DNA from: Halarcobacter sp.
GTDB taxonomy: Bacteria; Campylobacterota; Campylobacteria; Campylobacterales; Arcobacteraceae
Assembly: GCA_963676565.1 (NCBI GenBank)
Contig: OY781089.1
Span: 1,152,001-1,216,000, forward strand
Direction: 5' to 3'
Length of the DNA stretch: 64,000 nt
In this document: in pieces, positions 41,564 to 52,459 of the stretch
Numbering within the stretch: the stretch's first letter is position 1
Layout of the letters: each line of letters starts with the position of its first letter
Translations under genes and position numbers: made by a program
Notes under the pieces: model-generated
The model's input: the letters and a program-made list of their open reading frames with translations, nothing else
Database searches by the model: none
Told to the model about the DNA's origin: nothing

Positions 41564-41941
41564 ATGGAGAATTTAATAATTGAGGAGACGAAATATACAC
41601 CTTCTATAAAACTAGATGTTGAAAAAGGACTACTAGAGCTTGTTGGGAAATCATATCCTGAAAATACTTTTGAGTTTTATAAACCAATGTTAGAATGGGT
41701 TGAAAAATATTTTGAAATAAATGATAAAAAAACTGTTGTAAATATGGAAATTATTTACTTCAATTCAAGTAGTTCAAAACTATTTTTTGATTTTTTCGAC
41801 CTTTTAGAAGATGCACACAATAATGGTAAATCTATTGAGGTAAATTGGATTTATGATGCAGAAAATGAAAGTGCATTAGAAGCGGGAGAAGATTTTAAAG
41901 AAGATTTTGAAGAGTTAGAATTTAACTTAAAAGAAAAATAA
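41564..41941 (+). CDS. siaC: SiaC-family phospho-switch protein (DUF1987)
   Basis: IEETKYTPSI, GKSYPENTFEFYKP, YFNSSSSK, VNWIYD.EN, E.GEDF.ED. Confidence 0.9.
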   Translation: MENLIIEETKYTPSIKLDVEKGLLELVGKSYPENTFEFYKPMLEWVEKYFEINDKKTVVNMEIIYFNSSSSKLFFDFFDLLEDAHNNGKSIEVNWIYDAENESALEAGEDFKEDFEELEFNLKEK

Positions 41942-41955
41942 TTATTGGAAATAAA

Positions 41956-42750
41956 ATGCATGCAAATGAAAATAAATTAATTTTAGAACTCCACGAATTA
42001 CAAGATAATTTTAAAAAAACAACTGATAGGTTGATTAAAGATATTAATCGACATGATAAAATTATGGCTCAAAGTGACAAAAGACAAAAACAAGAGTATG
42101 ATGCCTTACAAGATAAATTAAAAGAGGTTGAAGCTTTAAGTAAAGAGATAGAAGAAACTCAAAGAGAAGTTGTCTTTACAATGGGTGCAATTGGAGAAAG
42201 TAGAAGTAAAGAAACAGGAAATCATGTAAAAAGAGTAGCAGAATACTCAAAATTATTAGCTTTATATTATGGATTAGATAAAGAAGAGGCTGAGATGTTA
42301 AAACAAGCTAGCCCTATGCATGATATAGGAAAAATTGCTATTCCTGATGCGGTTTTAAATAAACCAGGGAGATTTAATGAAGAGGAAAGAAAAATCATGG
42401 ATACCCATGCTCAATTGGGCTATGACATGTTAAAACACTCAAATAGACCTTTACTAAAATGTGCATCGATAGTTGCCTATGAACACCATGAAAAATGGGA
42501 TGGTTCAGGATATCCAAATAAATTAAAAGGTGAAGAGATTCATATTTATGGAAGAATTACGGCAATTGCTGATGTTTTTGATGCTTTAGGAAGTGATAGA
42601 TGTTATAAAAAAGCTTGGGAAGATGAAAGAATTTTTAATCTCTTTAAGGAAGAGAGAGGGAAACATTTTGATCCAAAATTAGTAGATATCTTCTTTGATA
42701 ATTTAAATGAATTCTTAAAAATTAGGGATGAATTAAAAGATGAGTTTTAG
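41956..42750 (+). CDS. HD-GYP c-di-GMP phosphodiesterase with N-terminal coiled coil
   Basis: ETGNHVKRV, MHDIGK.AIPDAVLNKPG, HHEKWDGSGYP, GRITAIADVFDAL.SDRCYKKAW, HFDP. Confidence 0.92.
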   Translation: MHANENKLILELHELQDNFKKTTDRLIKDINRHDKIMAQSDKRQKQEYDALQDKLKEVEALSKEIEETQREVVFTMGAIGESRSKETGNHVKRVAEYSKLLALYYGLDKEEAEMLKQASPMHDIGKIAIPDAVLNKPGRFNEEERKIMDTHAQLGYDMLKHSNRPLLKCASIVAYEHHEKWDGSGYPNKLKGEEIHIYGRITAIADVFDALGSDRCYKKAWEDERIFNLFKEERGKHFDPKLVDIFFDNLNEFLKIRDELKDEF

Positions 42751-42907
42751 AAAATAAAATCTTAAGTACTTTTTTTAATCTCTCCACTTTATCCCCACTA
42801 TTTTTTTATACACTTAAAAAGTATTTTACTCTGTTGATTTTGGTCATTTATACTTTTACTTTAATTTAGATATAATCTTACGATTTAATCATTTACAGGA
42901 AATTTCA

Positions 42908-43420
42908 TTGGAAAGAAAAAACAATATAATATTAATTGGATTTATGGGCGTTGGAAAGGGAACAACTGCTAGAGCATTAGTTAAAGCATCTGAGTATTTT
43001 GCTATCGATACAGATGATTTAATTGAAAGTCTTGAAAAAAGAGCTATTAAAAAGATTTTCAAAAAAGAGGGTGAAGCTTATTTTAGAAATCTTGAAAAAA
43101 AATGTGCTTTATGGCTTGAAAAAAATGTTGATAATACAATTATTTCAACTGGTGGAGGTTTCTTTAGACAAGAAAATATCCACAATATTGGAAAAGTAAT
43201 CTATCTTGAATCAAGTTTTGAAGGGATTTTAAGAAGAATCAATAAATCACCAAATGCAAAAGCAAAACTTAGGAAAAGACCACTTTTAAAAGATTTAAAA
43301 GAGGGTAAAAAACTTTATGAACAAAGAGTAGAAGATTATAAAAAAGTTGCCGATGTAATTGTAAATGTGGAAGATAAAGATATTGAAGATATCGTAAAAG
43401 ATATATTAGGAAAGATATAA
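42908..43420 (+). CDS. aroK: Shikimate kinase
   Basis: LIGFMGVGKGT, DTD.LIE, GEAYFRNLE, ISTGGG, RPLL. Confidence 0.95.
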   Translation: MERKNNIILIGFMGVGKGTTARALVKASEYFAIDTDDLIESLEKRAIKKIFKKEGEAYFRNLEKKCALWLEKNVDNTIISTGGGFFRQENIHNIGKVIYLESSFEGILRRINKSPNAKAKLRKRPLLKDLKEGKKLYEQRVEDYKKVADVIVNVEDKDIEDIVKDILGKI

Positions 43421-44718
43421 TGAAGATTATTAATACAAATGATGCAAATTTCAAAAGTGAATTTGAAAATATTTTAAGTAGAGCAAAAACAGATATTAAA
43501 CATGTTTCTGCAATTGTTACTGATATAATTGATGAGATTGTTGAAGAGGGAAATAAAGCAGTTAAAGCTCACATTGAAAAATTTGATAAATGGGAAGTTA
43601 AATCTGACGAGGATTTAATGATTTCTCAAGAAGATATGAAGAAAGCCTATGAAAATATCAATGATGATTTAAAAAAAGCTTTACATATTGCATACGATAG
43701 AATTAAATCTTACCATGAAAAACAACTACCAAAATCATGGATTGATTTTGAAAAAAACGGGACAGTTTTAGGACAAAAGGTATCTGCTGTTGATAAAGCT
43801 GGATTATATATTCCAGGTGGTAAAGCGGCATATCCAAGTTCACTTTTAATGAATGCAATTCCAGCTATTGTAGCAGGAGTTGAAGAGATTGTTGTTTGTA
43901 CACCAACTCCAAATGACGAAATAAATGAATTAGTTCTTGCTGCATGTTACATCTGTAATGTAAGTAAGGCATTTAAAGTTGGAGGAGCAAGTGCTATTGC
44001 TGCTATGGCATATGGAACTGAAACTATTCCAAAAGTTGATGTTATAACAGGACCTGGAAATATTTTTGTTGCTACTGCAAAAAAGCTAGTATTTGGTGAA
44101 GTAAACATTGATATGATTGCAGGACCTTCTGAGATTGGTATTTTAAGTGATGAAACTGCAAAGCCAAAATATTTAGCAATTGATCTTTTATCTCAAGCTG
44201 AACATGATGAGATGGCAAGTTCAATTATGATTACAACTTCAAGTGAAGTTGCATCTAAAACTTCAGATGAGGTTGAAGCTTATTTAAAAACTTTAAGTAG
44301 AGAAGAAATAGCTAGAAAATCTATTGAAGAAAGAGGTGCTATTATTGTTGCAAACAATATGGATGAAGCAATTGAACTTATGAATGAAATTGCTCCAGAA
44401 CACTTAGAAGTTATGACAACAAATGCCTTTGAATTATTACCGAAAATAAAACATGCTGGTGCAATTTTCTTAGGTGAAAATACACCTGAACCAATTGGTG
44501 ATTATATAGCTGGACCAAATCATACCCTTCCAACTGGAAGTACTGCTAAATTTTATAGTCCATTAAATGTTGAAAACTTTATGAAAAAAAGTTCAATTAT
44601 CAATTTCTCTAAACAAGCAATTGATGAACTAGGTGAAGCTTGTGCTATTTTAGCAGATACAGAAGGACTTACAGCTCACGCTGAATCAGTTAGAGTTAGA
44701 TTAAGAGAAGGCAAATAG
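43420..44718 (+). CDS. hisD: Histidinol dehydrogenase
   Basis: GLYIPGGKAAYPSS, GPGNIFV, IDMIAGPSE, LSQAEHD, APEHLE, GDYIAGPNHTLPT. Confidence 0.98.
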   Translation: MKIINTNDANFKSEFENILSRAKTDIKHVSAIVTDIIDEIVEEGNKAVKAHIEKFDKWEVKSDEDLMISQEDMKKAYENINDDLKKALHIAYDRIKSYHEKQLPKSWIDFEKNGTVLGQKVSAVDKAGLYIPGGKAAYPSSLLMNAIPAIVAGVEEIVVCTPTPNDEINELVLAACYICNVSKAFKVGGASAIAAMAYGTETIPKVDVITGPGNIFVATAKKLVFGEVNIDMIAGPSEIGILSDETAKPKYLAIDLLSQAEHDEMASSIMITTSSEVASKTSDEVEAYLKTLSREEIARKSIEERGAIIVANNMDEAIELMNEIAPEHLEVMTTNAFELLPKIKHAGAIFLGENTPEPIGDYIAGPNHTLPTGSTAKFYSPLNVENFMKKSSIINFSKQAIDELGEACAILADTEGLTAHAESVRVRLREGK

Positions 44719-44721
44719 TTT

Positions 44722-45018
44722 ATGTCAAAGGATTGGTTCTTAGAAGATGAAGATGATATCTTCGTAGGTAGTCCTAAATCAAAATATTTTGATGTGGCAA
44801 GAACTGCAAATAGTGAAATAGTAGAAGAGGAGTTTGATAAACTCCTTGAAAAAGTTGCAGTAATGGAGCTTCTTTTATCAAAAGATAAAGATTTAGATTT
44901 TGATATTAATGATGTGATAAAACAGTATGTTATACAAAACCTTGATGAAGTTGAGCAAATGAAAAAAGGTCTTTATGTAGAACTTACTGGAGATATAATT
45001 TGTAGATTAGATTCATAG
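44722..45018 (+). CDS. DUF2018-family protein
   Basis: EDEDDIF.GSPKSKYFD N-terminus; position upstream of the polyprenyl synthetase. Confidence 0.7.
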   Translation: MSKDWFLEDEDDIFVGSPKSKYFDVARTANSEIVEEEFDKLLEKVAVMELLLSKDKDLDFDINDVIKQYVIQNLDEVEQMKKGLYVELTGDIICRLDS

Positions 45019-45026
45019 AGGTTTTT

Positions 45027-45923
45027 GTGGAAGAGTTAGTAAAAGTTAAAGAGCAAATAAAAAAATTTGTAATCGAGTGTAATGATGAAAAAAGTTTAGA
45101 GCTTTTAGATTTACTTGCAACGGGAAAGATGTTAAGAAGTAAATTAGTATTAAAAATTGCAGGGGTAAATGAAGAGTCAATTAAACTTTGTGCAATCATT
45201 GAGATGATTCATGCGGCATCACTTCTTCATGATGATGTAATTGATGAAGCAGATACAAGAAGAGGAAAACCTTCTATAAACGCTATTTTTGATAATAAAA
45301 CTTCAATTATGTTTGGAGATGTTTTATATTCTAAAGCATTTACAGAATTAAGTCAAATGGATAGAGAAGTTGCTTATTGTGTTTCAAATGCAGTAACGCT
45401 ACTTAGTATTGGTGAGATGTTAGATGTAAATTTAACTGAAAACTTTAATACTTCATATGAAAAGTATCTTGATATGATTTATAAAAAAACTGCCTCGTTG
45501 ATTGAAGCTAGTGCTAAATCTGCAGCGATATTAGCAAATCTAGATAAAGAAAAATATGCTTTGTATGGGAAAAATCTTGGACTTGCCTTTCAAATGGTTG
45601 ATGATATTTTAGATATTACTCAAGATAGTCAAACTTTAGGAAAACCTGCTATGTTAGATTTTGTTGAAGGAAAAGTTACAATCCCTTATCTTTTACTACA
45701 TGAAAGAATTGAAGATAAACAAAAATTAGAGTCTTTATATAAAAAAGAATTAAGTTCTGAAGAATCAGCATGGCTAAAAGAGCAAATGATTAATACAAAA
45801 GCTTTAGAGGATTCAATTAATCAAGCAAAAGAATTAGGACTTGAAGCAATTGAAGCAGTAAAAGCTGAAGAAAATGAATCACTAGTTCAAATTATGAGTG
45901 CAATGATAAATAGACAATTTTAA
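45027..45923 (+). CDS. ispB: Polyprenyl (octaprenyl-type) diphosphate synthase
   Basis: GKMLR, EMIHAASLLHDDVID.ADTRRG, KKTASL, AFQMVDDILD, GKVTIP. Confidence 0.9.
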   Translation: MEELVKVKEQIKKFVIECNDEKSLELLDLLATGKMLRSKLVLKIAGVNEESIKLCAIIEMIHAASLLHDDVIDEADTRRGKPSINAIFDNKTSIMFGDVLYSKAFTELSQMDREVAYCVSNAVTLLSIGEMLDVNLTENFNTSYEKYLDMIYKKTASLIEASAKSAAILANLDKEKYALYGKNLGLAFQMVDDILDITQDSQTLGKPAMLDFVEGKVTIPYLLLHERIEDKQKLESLYKKELSSEESAWLKEQMINTKALEDSINQAKELGLEAIEAVKAEENESLVQIMSAMINRQF

Positions 45924-45961
45924 AAAAAATAATTAGATATGCGAAGAGAGAGTTACAAACT

Positions 45962-47251
45962 ATGAGTTATTTAAGTATTAGTTTTTCACACAAAAATACA
46001 GATATTCAAACAAGGGAAAAATTAGCATTTCCAAATGAAGAAAATAAAGATAGATTCCTAAAAAAAATTTTAGAAGATCAACATTTAAAAGAAGCAATTT
46101 TATTATCTACCTGTAATAGAGTTGAGATAATTGCTCGGGCTTCAAATCCTACAAAAGCAGCCAAGAATATTATAGAGAGATTATCAAAATATTCAGCTTT
46201 AGAATTTGATGATTTATATGAAAGAGCAGATATCTCTACAAATGATAGTGCAATACACCATATATTTTCAGTTGCATCAGCTCTTGACTCATTGGTAATT
46301 GGTGAAACTCAAATCGTAGGTCAGTTAAAAGATGCCTTTAGATTCTCTTTATCAAAGGGGTATTGTGACCAAGAATTAAGTAGAGCTTTACACTACTCTT
46401 TCAAGTGTGCAGCAGCAGTTAGAAATGCTACATCTTTAGGTACAGGATCTGTTTCAGTTGCCTCAACAGCAGTTGCAAAAGCAAAAGAGATTATTCGGGA
46501 TACAGCTGGTGTGAAAGCACTTGTAATTGGAGCAGGGGAGATGAGTGAATTAACTATTAAACATCTTCTTTCATCTGGTTTTGATGTTGTTTTAACATCA
46601 AGAGATAGAAAAAAAGCACAAATCTTAGCTGATACTTTTGAGGAATTTATCCAAATTGAGGATTATGTAAATCTACCTGAATTATTAAATGAAATTCCTG
46701 TAATGGTTACAGCAACATCAGCTCCATATCCAATTATTACACAAGATATTACTAAAAACTGCTCTTTTGAAAGGTTTTGGTTTGATATAGCAGTTCCTAG
46801 GGATATAGAAGAAATTGATTCTCCCAATTTGATGATTTATTCTGTTGATGATTTACAAGAAATAGTAAATGAAAACATGAGTTTAAGGGCAGAACAAGCA
46901 AAAACTGCATATCAAATTGTAAATAAAATGTCTTTAGAGTTTTTTGATTGGTTAAAGTCACTTGAAGTTGACCCTGTAATAAAAAACATGTATACAAGAG
47001 GTGATAATATAATTGACAAGAAAATCAAAAATGCTTTAAAAAAAGGTTTTATAGATAAAGAGAGTGAAGAAAATATTAGAAAACTTTGCCAAACTGTTTT
47101 AACTGAATATCTTCACCAACCACAAAAAAAGATAAAAAGTATCTCAAAAGATAACCAATGTGACATCGTTGTAAGTACAGTTCAATCTGTATTTGGGATA
47201 GATTCAGATACTAGTTTTTTATCTCATAATTGTAATAAAATAAATGAATAG
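45962..47251 (+). CDS. hemA: Glutamyl-tRNA reductase
   Basis: [42 protein letters not shown]. Confidence 0.97.
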   Translation: MSYLSISFSHKNTDIQTREKLAFPNEENKDRFLKKILEDQHLKEAILLSTCNRVEIIARASNPTKAAKNIIERLSKYSALEFDDLYERADISTNDSAIHHIFSVASALDSLVIGETQIVGQLKDAFRFSLSKGYCDQELSRALHYSFKCAAAVRNATSLGTGSVSVASTAVAKAKEIIRDTAGVKALVIGAGEMSELTIKHLLSSGFDVVLTSRDRKKAQILADTFEEFIQIEDYVNLPELLNEIPVMVTATSAPYPIITQDITKNCSFERFWFDIAVPRDIEEIDSPNLMIYSVDDLQEIVNENMSLRAEQAKTAYQIVNKMSLEFFDWLKSLEVDPVIKNMYTRGDNIIDKKIKNALKKGFIDKESEENIRKLCQTVLTEYLHQPQKKIKSISKDNQCDIVVSTVQSVFGIDSDTSFLSHNCNKINE

Positions 47252-47262
47252 GATTTAAATAT

Positions 47263-48969
47263 ATGAAATTTTCAAAAATGTTTATACCAACAACAAAAGA
47301 GACACCAAATGATGCAACACTGCCATCACACCAGTTTTTAGTAAGAGGTGGATTTATCTCTCAAACAGGTGCTGGTATTTATGATTATATGCCTTTAGGA
47401 AAAATTGTTCTTGATAAAATTAGAGCTATTGTAAAAGAAGAGATGGATAAATCTGGTGCAAATGAAGTTCAATTTGGTTTTGTAACACCACTTTCTCTTT
47501 GGGAAGAATCAGGACGAGCTACAACAATGGGAAATGAGCTTCTAAGATTTAAAGATAGAAAAAATGGTGATTATGTTTTATCTCCTACAAATGAAGAAGC
47601 TGTTGTAAATATGGTAAAAAATAGAATCACTTCTTATAAAGATTTACCAATTAACCTTTATCAAATTTATACAAAATTTAGAGATGAAGCAAGACCTAGA
47701 TTTGGACTTATGAGAGGTAGAGAGTTTCTTATGAAAGATGCTTATTCTTTCCATGATTCAAAAGAAGATTTAATAAGAGAATTTAATTTAATGGAAGAAA
47801 CATATAAAAATGTTTACAATAGATTAGGACTTGAATTTAGAGTTGTTGAAGCTGATAGTGGGGCTATTGGTGGTAGTGGTTCTAAAGAGTTTCATGTTTT
47901 AGCAAATAGTGGTGAAGATACAATTGTTGTATGTGATTCATGTGATTATGGTGCAAATATTGAAGCTGCAACTAGAAAAGCAAATAAAAAAGAAAAATTA
48001 GAAACAATTGCCCAAGAGAAAGTTGAAACTCCTAATTGTAAAACAATAGAAGAGGTTAGTAACTTTTTAAATGCTGATGCTTATTATTCAATGAAAGCAG
48101 TTATAAAAAAAGCAATTTTTGAAGAGAATAGTGAAATTGTAGTTTTCTTTGTAAGGGGAACTGATGAGCTTGAAGAGACAAAAGCTTGTAATGCAGTTGA
48201 TGCACTAGAGTTAGAAGATGCAAGTGAAGAAGAAGTTTCTAATGCTGGACTTTGTGCTGGATACTGTGGAATTGTAAATCTACCTGAAAACATAAAAGTT
48301 TTTGTTGACAATGAATTAAAAGAAGATAATAATTTAGTTTGTGGTGCAAATGAGGAAAATTACCATTTAAAAGGTGTTGATTTAACATCAATGGAAAACA
48401 TTGTATATAAAGATTTAGTTGCAGTACAAGAAGGTGATTTATGTTCTTGTTGTGGAGGGAAACTTTCTTATACAAAAGGGATTGAGGCTGGACATATTTT
48501 CCAATTGGGAACTAAATACTCACAAGCTATGGATGCAAAGTTTTTAGATTCAAATGGTAAGGCACAGCCTTTTGAAATGGGATGTTACGGAATTGGAGTT
48601 AGTAGATTAGTTGCTGCTGTAATTGAACAAAACCATGATGAAAAAGGGTGTATTTGGACAAAAGCAACTGCTCCTTATTTAGTTGATGTTATTGTTTCAA
48701 ATGCTAAAAAAGATGATGAACTTGAAGCTGGAATGAAAATTTATGAAGGCTTAAAAGATGCTGGTATTGATACTATTATCGATGATAGAACAAAAGAAAG
48801 ATTTGGTTTTAAAATGGGTGACTTTGAACTTCTTGGATTCCCATACGCAGTTGTAATTGGTAAGAAATTAAAAGATGGTATTGTTGAAATTGTTGATAGA
48901 AGAACATTAGAAAAAGAAGATGTTAGTCTTGATGAAGTTGTCGAAAAAATAGAAGAAAAACTTAAATAA
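47263..48969 (+). CDS. proS: Proline--tRNA ligase with editing domain
   Basis: [55 protein letters not shown]. Confidence 0.98.
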   Translation: MKFSKMFIPTTKETPNDATLPSHQFLVRGGFISQTGAGIYDYMPLGKIVLDKIRAIVKEEMDKSGANEVQFGFVTPLSLWEESGRATTMGNELLRFKDRKNGDYVLSPTNEEAVVNMVKNRITSYKDLPINLYQIYTKFRDEARPRFGLMRGREFLMKDAYSFHDSKEDLIREFNLMEETYKNVYNRLGLEFRVVEADSGAIGGSGSKEFHVLANSGEDTIVVCDSCDYGANIEAATRKANKKEKLETIAQEKVETPNCKTIEEVSNFLNADAYYSMKAVIKKAIFEENSEIVVFFVRGTDELEETKACNAVDALELEDASEEEVSNAGLCAGYCGIVNLPENIKVFVDNELKEDNNLVCGANEENYHLKGVDLTSMENIVYKDLVAVQEGDLCSCCGGKLSYTKGIEAGHIFQLGTKYSQAMDAKFLDSNGKAQPFEMGCYGIGVSRLVAAVIEQNHDEKGCIWTKATAPYLVDVIVSNAKKDDELEAGMKIYEGLKDAGIDTIIDDRTKERFGFKMGDFELLGFPYAVVIGKKLKDGIVEIVDRRTLEKEDVSLDEVVEKIEEKLK

Positions 48970-49016
48970 GTTGTTATAGTTTTTTGCTATAATTCTTAAA
49001 ATTATTAGGAGTGTAC

Positions 49017-49826
49017 ATGAATAGTGTTGAAACTGTTTCAGATATGATTGGCGTTTATGCTTTAAATATAGCAATAGCAATTGTTATATTTGTAATTGGT
49101 AAATGGGTAGCAAGAAAAATTGCTGATTTATGTTTTAAATTAATGATGAAAAATAGCAAGATTGATGAGACTCTTGCTAAATTTTTAGATGATATCATCT
49201 ACTATATTTTAATAGTAGTGGTTGTTTTAACTGCCTTAAAACAACTTGGGATTGATACTACATCATTCTTTGCAATTTTAGGTGCAGCTGGTTTAGCTAT
49301 TGGTTTAGCTTTAAAAGATTCTTTAGGGAACTTTGCATCAGGTGTGATGATTATTTTATTTAGACCATTTAAAGTTGGAGATTTTATTAATGCAGGTGGC
49401 GTTAGTGGTTCAGTTGAAGAGGTAACTATCTTCAATACAATTTTAAAAACGGGAGATAATCAAACTTTAATTGTTCCAAATGGAGCAATTACTGGTGGAA
49501 CTATCACAAATGTAAATGCTAAACCTGAAAGAAGAGTAGATTTAGTTGTTGGTATTGGATATGATGATGATATCAAAAAAGCTAAAGAAGTTTTAACATC
49601 TATTTTAAGTGCAGATGATAGAATTCTTCAAGAAAAAGGTTTAACTGTTGCAGTATCTGAATTAGCAGATTCTTCGGTAAATTTTGTTGTTAGAGCATGG
49701 GTTAAAACACCTGATTATTGGGCAGTGAAATTTGATTTAACAGAAAATATCAAATTAACATTTGATAAAGAGGGAATCTCAATTCCTTATCCTCAACAAG
49801 ATGTTCACCACTACAACAACGATTAA
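49017..49826 (+). CDS. mscS: Small-conductance mechanosensitive channel
   Basis: GAAGLAIGLALKDSLGNFASG, RPFKVGD, ELADSSVN, GISIPYPQ. ATG at 49017 follows AGGAG. Confidence 0.93.
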   Translation: MNSVETVSDMIGVYALNIAIAIVIFVIGKWVARKIADLCFKLMMKNSKIDETLAKFLDDIIYYILIVVVVLTALKQLGIDTTSFFAILGAAGLAIGLALKDSLGNFASGVMIILFRPFKVGDFINAGGVSGSVEEVTIFNTILKTGDNQTLIVPNGAITGGTITNVNAKPERRVDLVVGIGYDDDIKKAKEVLTSILSADDRILQEKGLTVAVSELADSSVNFVVRAWVKTPDYWAVKFDLTENIKLTFDKEGISIPYPQQDVHHYNND

Positions 49827-51207
49827 TCTACCCGTTGTTTTAGAAAATATTTTAGATGACCTACTTAAAATTGGAGTTACTCCAGTTTTAGTAGGTGGTT
49901 GCATAAGAGATTACTTTTTTAAAATTCCAAATAAAGATTATGATATTGAATTGTTTGGATTAAACTGCTTAGATACTATAGAAGAAACACTAAAAAAATT
50001 TGGCGATGTTAAACTTGTAGGAAAATCCTTTGGTGTGTTACTTTTAAAAACAAAAGATTATGAGTTTGACTTTGCATTACCTAGAACTGAAAAAAAAGTT
50101 GGTAATTCCCATACAGATTTTGAGATTATAAGTGATGGGAACTTAACTTTTGAAAAAGCAGCATTAAGAAGAGATTTTACAATAAATGCAATTGGATATA
50201 ACTACAAAGAAAAAAAGTTTCTAGACCCCTTTAATGGTTTAGAAGATATAAAAACTAAAACATTAAAACATATTGATGATAAAACATTTGTAGAAGATAG
50301 TTTGAGGGTTTATAGAGCTGTTCAGTTTGTCTCAAGATTTGCTTTAAATATTGATAATAAAACTAAAAAGTTGTGTAAACAAATAGTTGACAATGATGAG
50401 TGTAAATATCTTCCAAAAGAAAGAGTTTATGAAGAGTTTAAAAAACTATTTTTAAAATCGCCCAAACCTTCAATTGGCTTTGAAGTTTTAAAAGAGTTTG
50501 GTTTATTAAAGTATTTCCCAGAGTTAAAAAATTTAGTTGATTGTATTCAAGATAAAGAGTATCATCCTGAAGGTGATGTATGGGTTCATACTCTAATGAC
50601 AATAGATGAATTATCAAAAATCATAAAAGAGCAAAATATAAGAGATGAATATAGAAAGCTATATCTTTTTTATGGGATACTTTGTCATGATTTAGGAAAA
50701 CCCTTTTGTACCAAAGAGATAAATGGAAGAATAACTTCCCATAAACATGAAGCATTTGGTGTTGAACCTACAATTACTTTTTTAAAAAGATTGACTGATG
50801 AAAAAAAATTTATAGAAAAAATAGTCCCACTAGTTAAAAATCACCTTGCCCCATTTCAGTTATATAAAGCTGAGTCTAGTCTAAATGCAGTAAAAAGATT
50901 GTCTTTAAAATGTAATATAGAAGATTTATGTTTGATTTGTTTAGCTGACTGTAAAGGAAGAACAATTCCAGATAAAGACAAATGTGATAAAGCAGTTAAT
51001 TGGGTTTTAGAAAAAGCTAGAGAAATGAATATTTCAGAAGAGGGTGTAAAATCACTTGTTCAAGGAAGAGATTTAATATCCCTTGGAATGAAACCATCTA
51101 AAGAATTTAAAGAGATTTTAGAATTTGCCCTTAATCTTCAAATTGATGAACATTTAGAAAAAGAGCAAATTCTAATAAAAATAAAAGAAAATTATATTAA
51201 GGTCTAA
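49801..51207 (+). CDS. cca: CCA tRNA nucleotidyltransferase with HD domain
   Basis: VGGCIRD, DYDIE, RRDFTINA, EDSLRVYRA, YHPEGDV..H, HDLGK. Start at MFTTTT. Confidence 0.9.
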   Translation: MFTTTTTINLPVVLENILDDLLKIGVTPVLVGGCIRDYFFKIPNKDYDIELFGLNCLDTIEETLKKFGDVKLVGKSFGVLLLKTKDYEFDFALPRTEKKVGNSHTDFEIISDGNLTFEKAALRRDFTINAIGYNYKEKKFLDPFNGLEDIKTKTLKHIDDKTFVEDSLRVYRAVQFVSRFALNIDNKTKKLCKQIVDNDECKYLPKERVYEEFKKLFLKSPKPSIGFEVLKEFGLLKYFPELKNLVDCIQDKEYHPEGDVWVHTLMTIDELSKIIKEQNIRDEYRKLYLFYGILCHDLGKPFCTKEINGRITSHKHEAFGVEPTITFLKRLTDEKKFIEKIVPLVKNHLAPFQLYKAESSLNAVKRLSLKCNIEDLCLICLADCKGRTIPDKDKCDKAVNWVLEKAREMNISEEGVKSLVQGRDLISLGMKPSKEFKEILEFALNLQIDEHLEKEQILIKIKENYIKV

Positions 51208-52432
51208 TTATATAATTCTCACTTCCATTTATTTGATGGTAAATAGTTACTCCATACTTTTTTGCATAATATTTAAGTAATAGTTTTTGCAAAGTTGGCT
51301 CAATTGATGGTGTAAACCAAGCATTATTTGAAATTGCAATCATATATTTTGTATCTCCAAGATTTTCAAAAATCTTGTCACTTGTTGCCTCATAACATAT
51401 TGCATTTCTAAACTTTTCACCTTTTATTACAAAATCTGTTGGTTTTTCAGCTTTTTTGTAATCTTGTGCACCATCATAAAAAATCTCATTTATAATATCT
51501 ACTAAAAATTGTGGAAAAGGTATCTCTTCTCCAAAAGGGACTAAAACATATTTTTTTGCAATTTCTACTTTCCCTTTTGAAAAAAAGTATGTTGCATTAT
51601 AAAAATTATCCTCTTCATAAAATAAACTACCCACAATAATATCAATACTAAAGGATTTTTCTATCAATTTTTCCATTAGAAAATCATCATGATTTAACAA
51701 CATTGGAAAAACTGTTTCTGGTAAAATGATTAATTCATTTTTTTCTTTTATTGAATTATCTATGATCTTTAGATTTTGTTCAACAATCTTTGATAGATTA
51801 TGTTTTAACCATTTTTTGTCTTGTGAAACTTGATATTTTGGCATATCAATTTTAATATCAGGAAGCATATTCTTTGAATTAGTATTTGAGTTTAAAATCA
51901 CAAATATTAAAGGAAAAAGTGCCAGTAGCTTGTATCTTTTTAATTTATTAAACATCACTAAAGAAGCAATTATTACAGCAAAATATTCCTTTTCAATACT
52001 AAAATAAGTATCAATAAAAACAAGTTCTGGAACAAACCAATTAAAACCTAAAGGGTGAATAAATGAAAGACAGAATATAAATATTGCCCGAATGAAAATA
52101 TTATCAATAAAATTTATTAGATAAAAAATAAGAGCGAATCCCAGTCCAAAAAGAATTACAACTAGAGGTGCAAGAAAAGTAAGTTCATAATATTGTAAAG
52201 AGATACTTACCCAATAAAACCAAAAAACACCTATAAAAAAACCAATATAAAAGGCTACTTGCCTAGAAGATGTAAGAATAAAATATAGTGAAACAATAGC
52301 AAAAATAGAGTTAATTGTTTTATTGAAAATATCAAAGTAGGCAAGATATATAAAAGCACTAAACCCAAAGGCTATTATCAAGCCTTTTATTATATTAGTT
52401 TTGTTAAAATATTCGCGTTTTACTAAAAACAT
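51197..52432 (-). CDS. lnt: Apolipoprotein N-acyltransferase
   Basis: Multi-TM N-terminus; catalytic triad contexts LPET, KYVLVPFGE, AICYE; ISNNAWF. Confidence 0.92.
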   Translation of the reverse strand: MFLVKREYFNKTNIIKGLIIAFGFSAFIYLAYFDIFNKTINSIFAIVSLYFILTSSRQVAFYIGFFIGVFWFYWVSISLQYYELTFLAPLVVILFGLGFALIFYLINFIDNIFIRAIFIFCLSFIHPLGFNWFVPELVFIDTYFSIEKEYFAVIIASLVMFNKLKRYKLLALFPLIFVILNSNTNSKNMLPDIKIDMPKYQVSQDKKWLKHNLSKIVEQNLKIIDNSIKEKNELIILPETVFPMLLNHDDFLMEKLIEKSFSIDIIVGSLFYEEDNFYNATYFFSKGKVEIAKKYVLVPFGEEIPFPQFLVDIINEIFYDGAQDYKKAEKPTDFVIKGEKFRNAICYEATSDKIFENLGDTKYMIAISNNAWFTPSIEPTLQKLLLKYYAKKYGVTIYHQINGSENYIIRP

Positions 52433-52459
52433 AGAAAAAACTTTTTAAAAGGAAATTTG

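Noticed and set aside
42782..42799. GTGGGG-N5-GTGGAG on the minus strand, resembling MraZ boxes
   Set aside because: Only two copies and no mraZ/dcw genes nearby; probably chance.
45939..45965. 8-codon uORF (MRRESYKL) overlapping the hemA start via ATGA
   Set aside because: No SD of its own and its purine run is simply the hemA SD; unsupported without conservation data.
49801..49826. mscS/cca 26-nt overlap and the poly-Thr start of Cca
   Set aside because: Explained by out-of-frame reading of the mscS C-terminus; ordinary compact gene packing.
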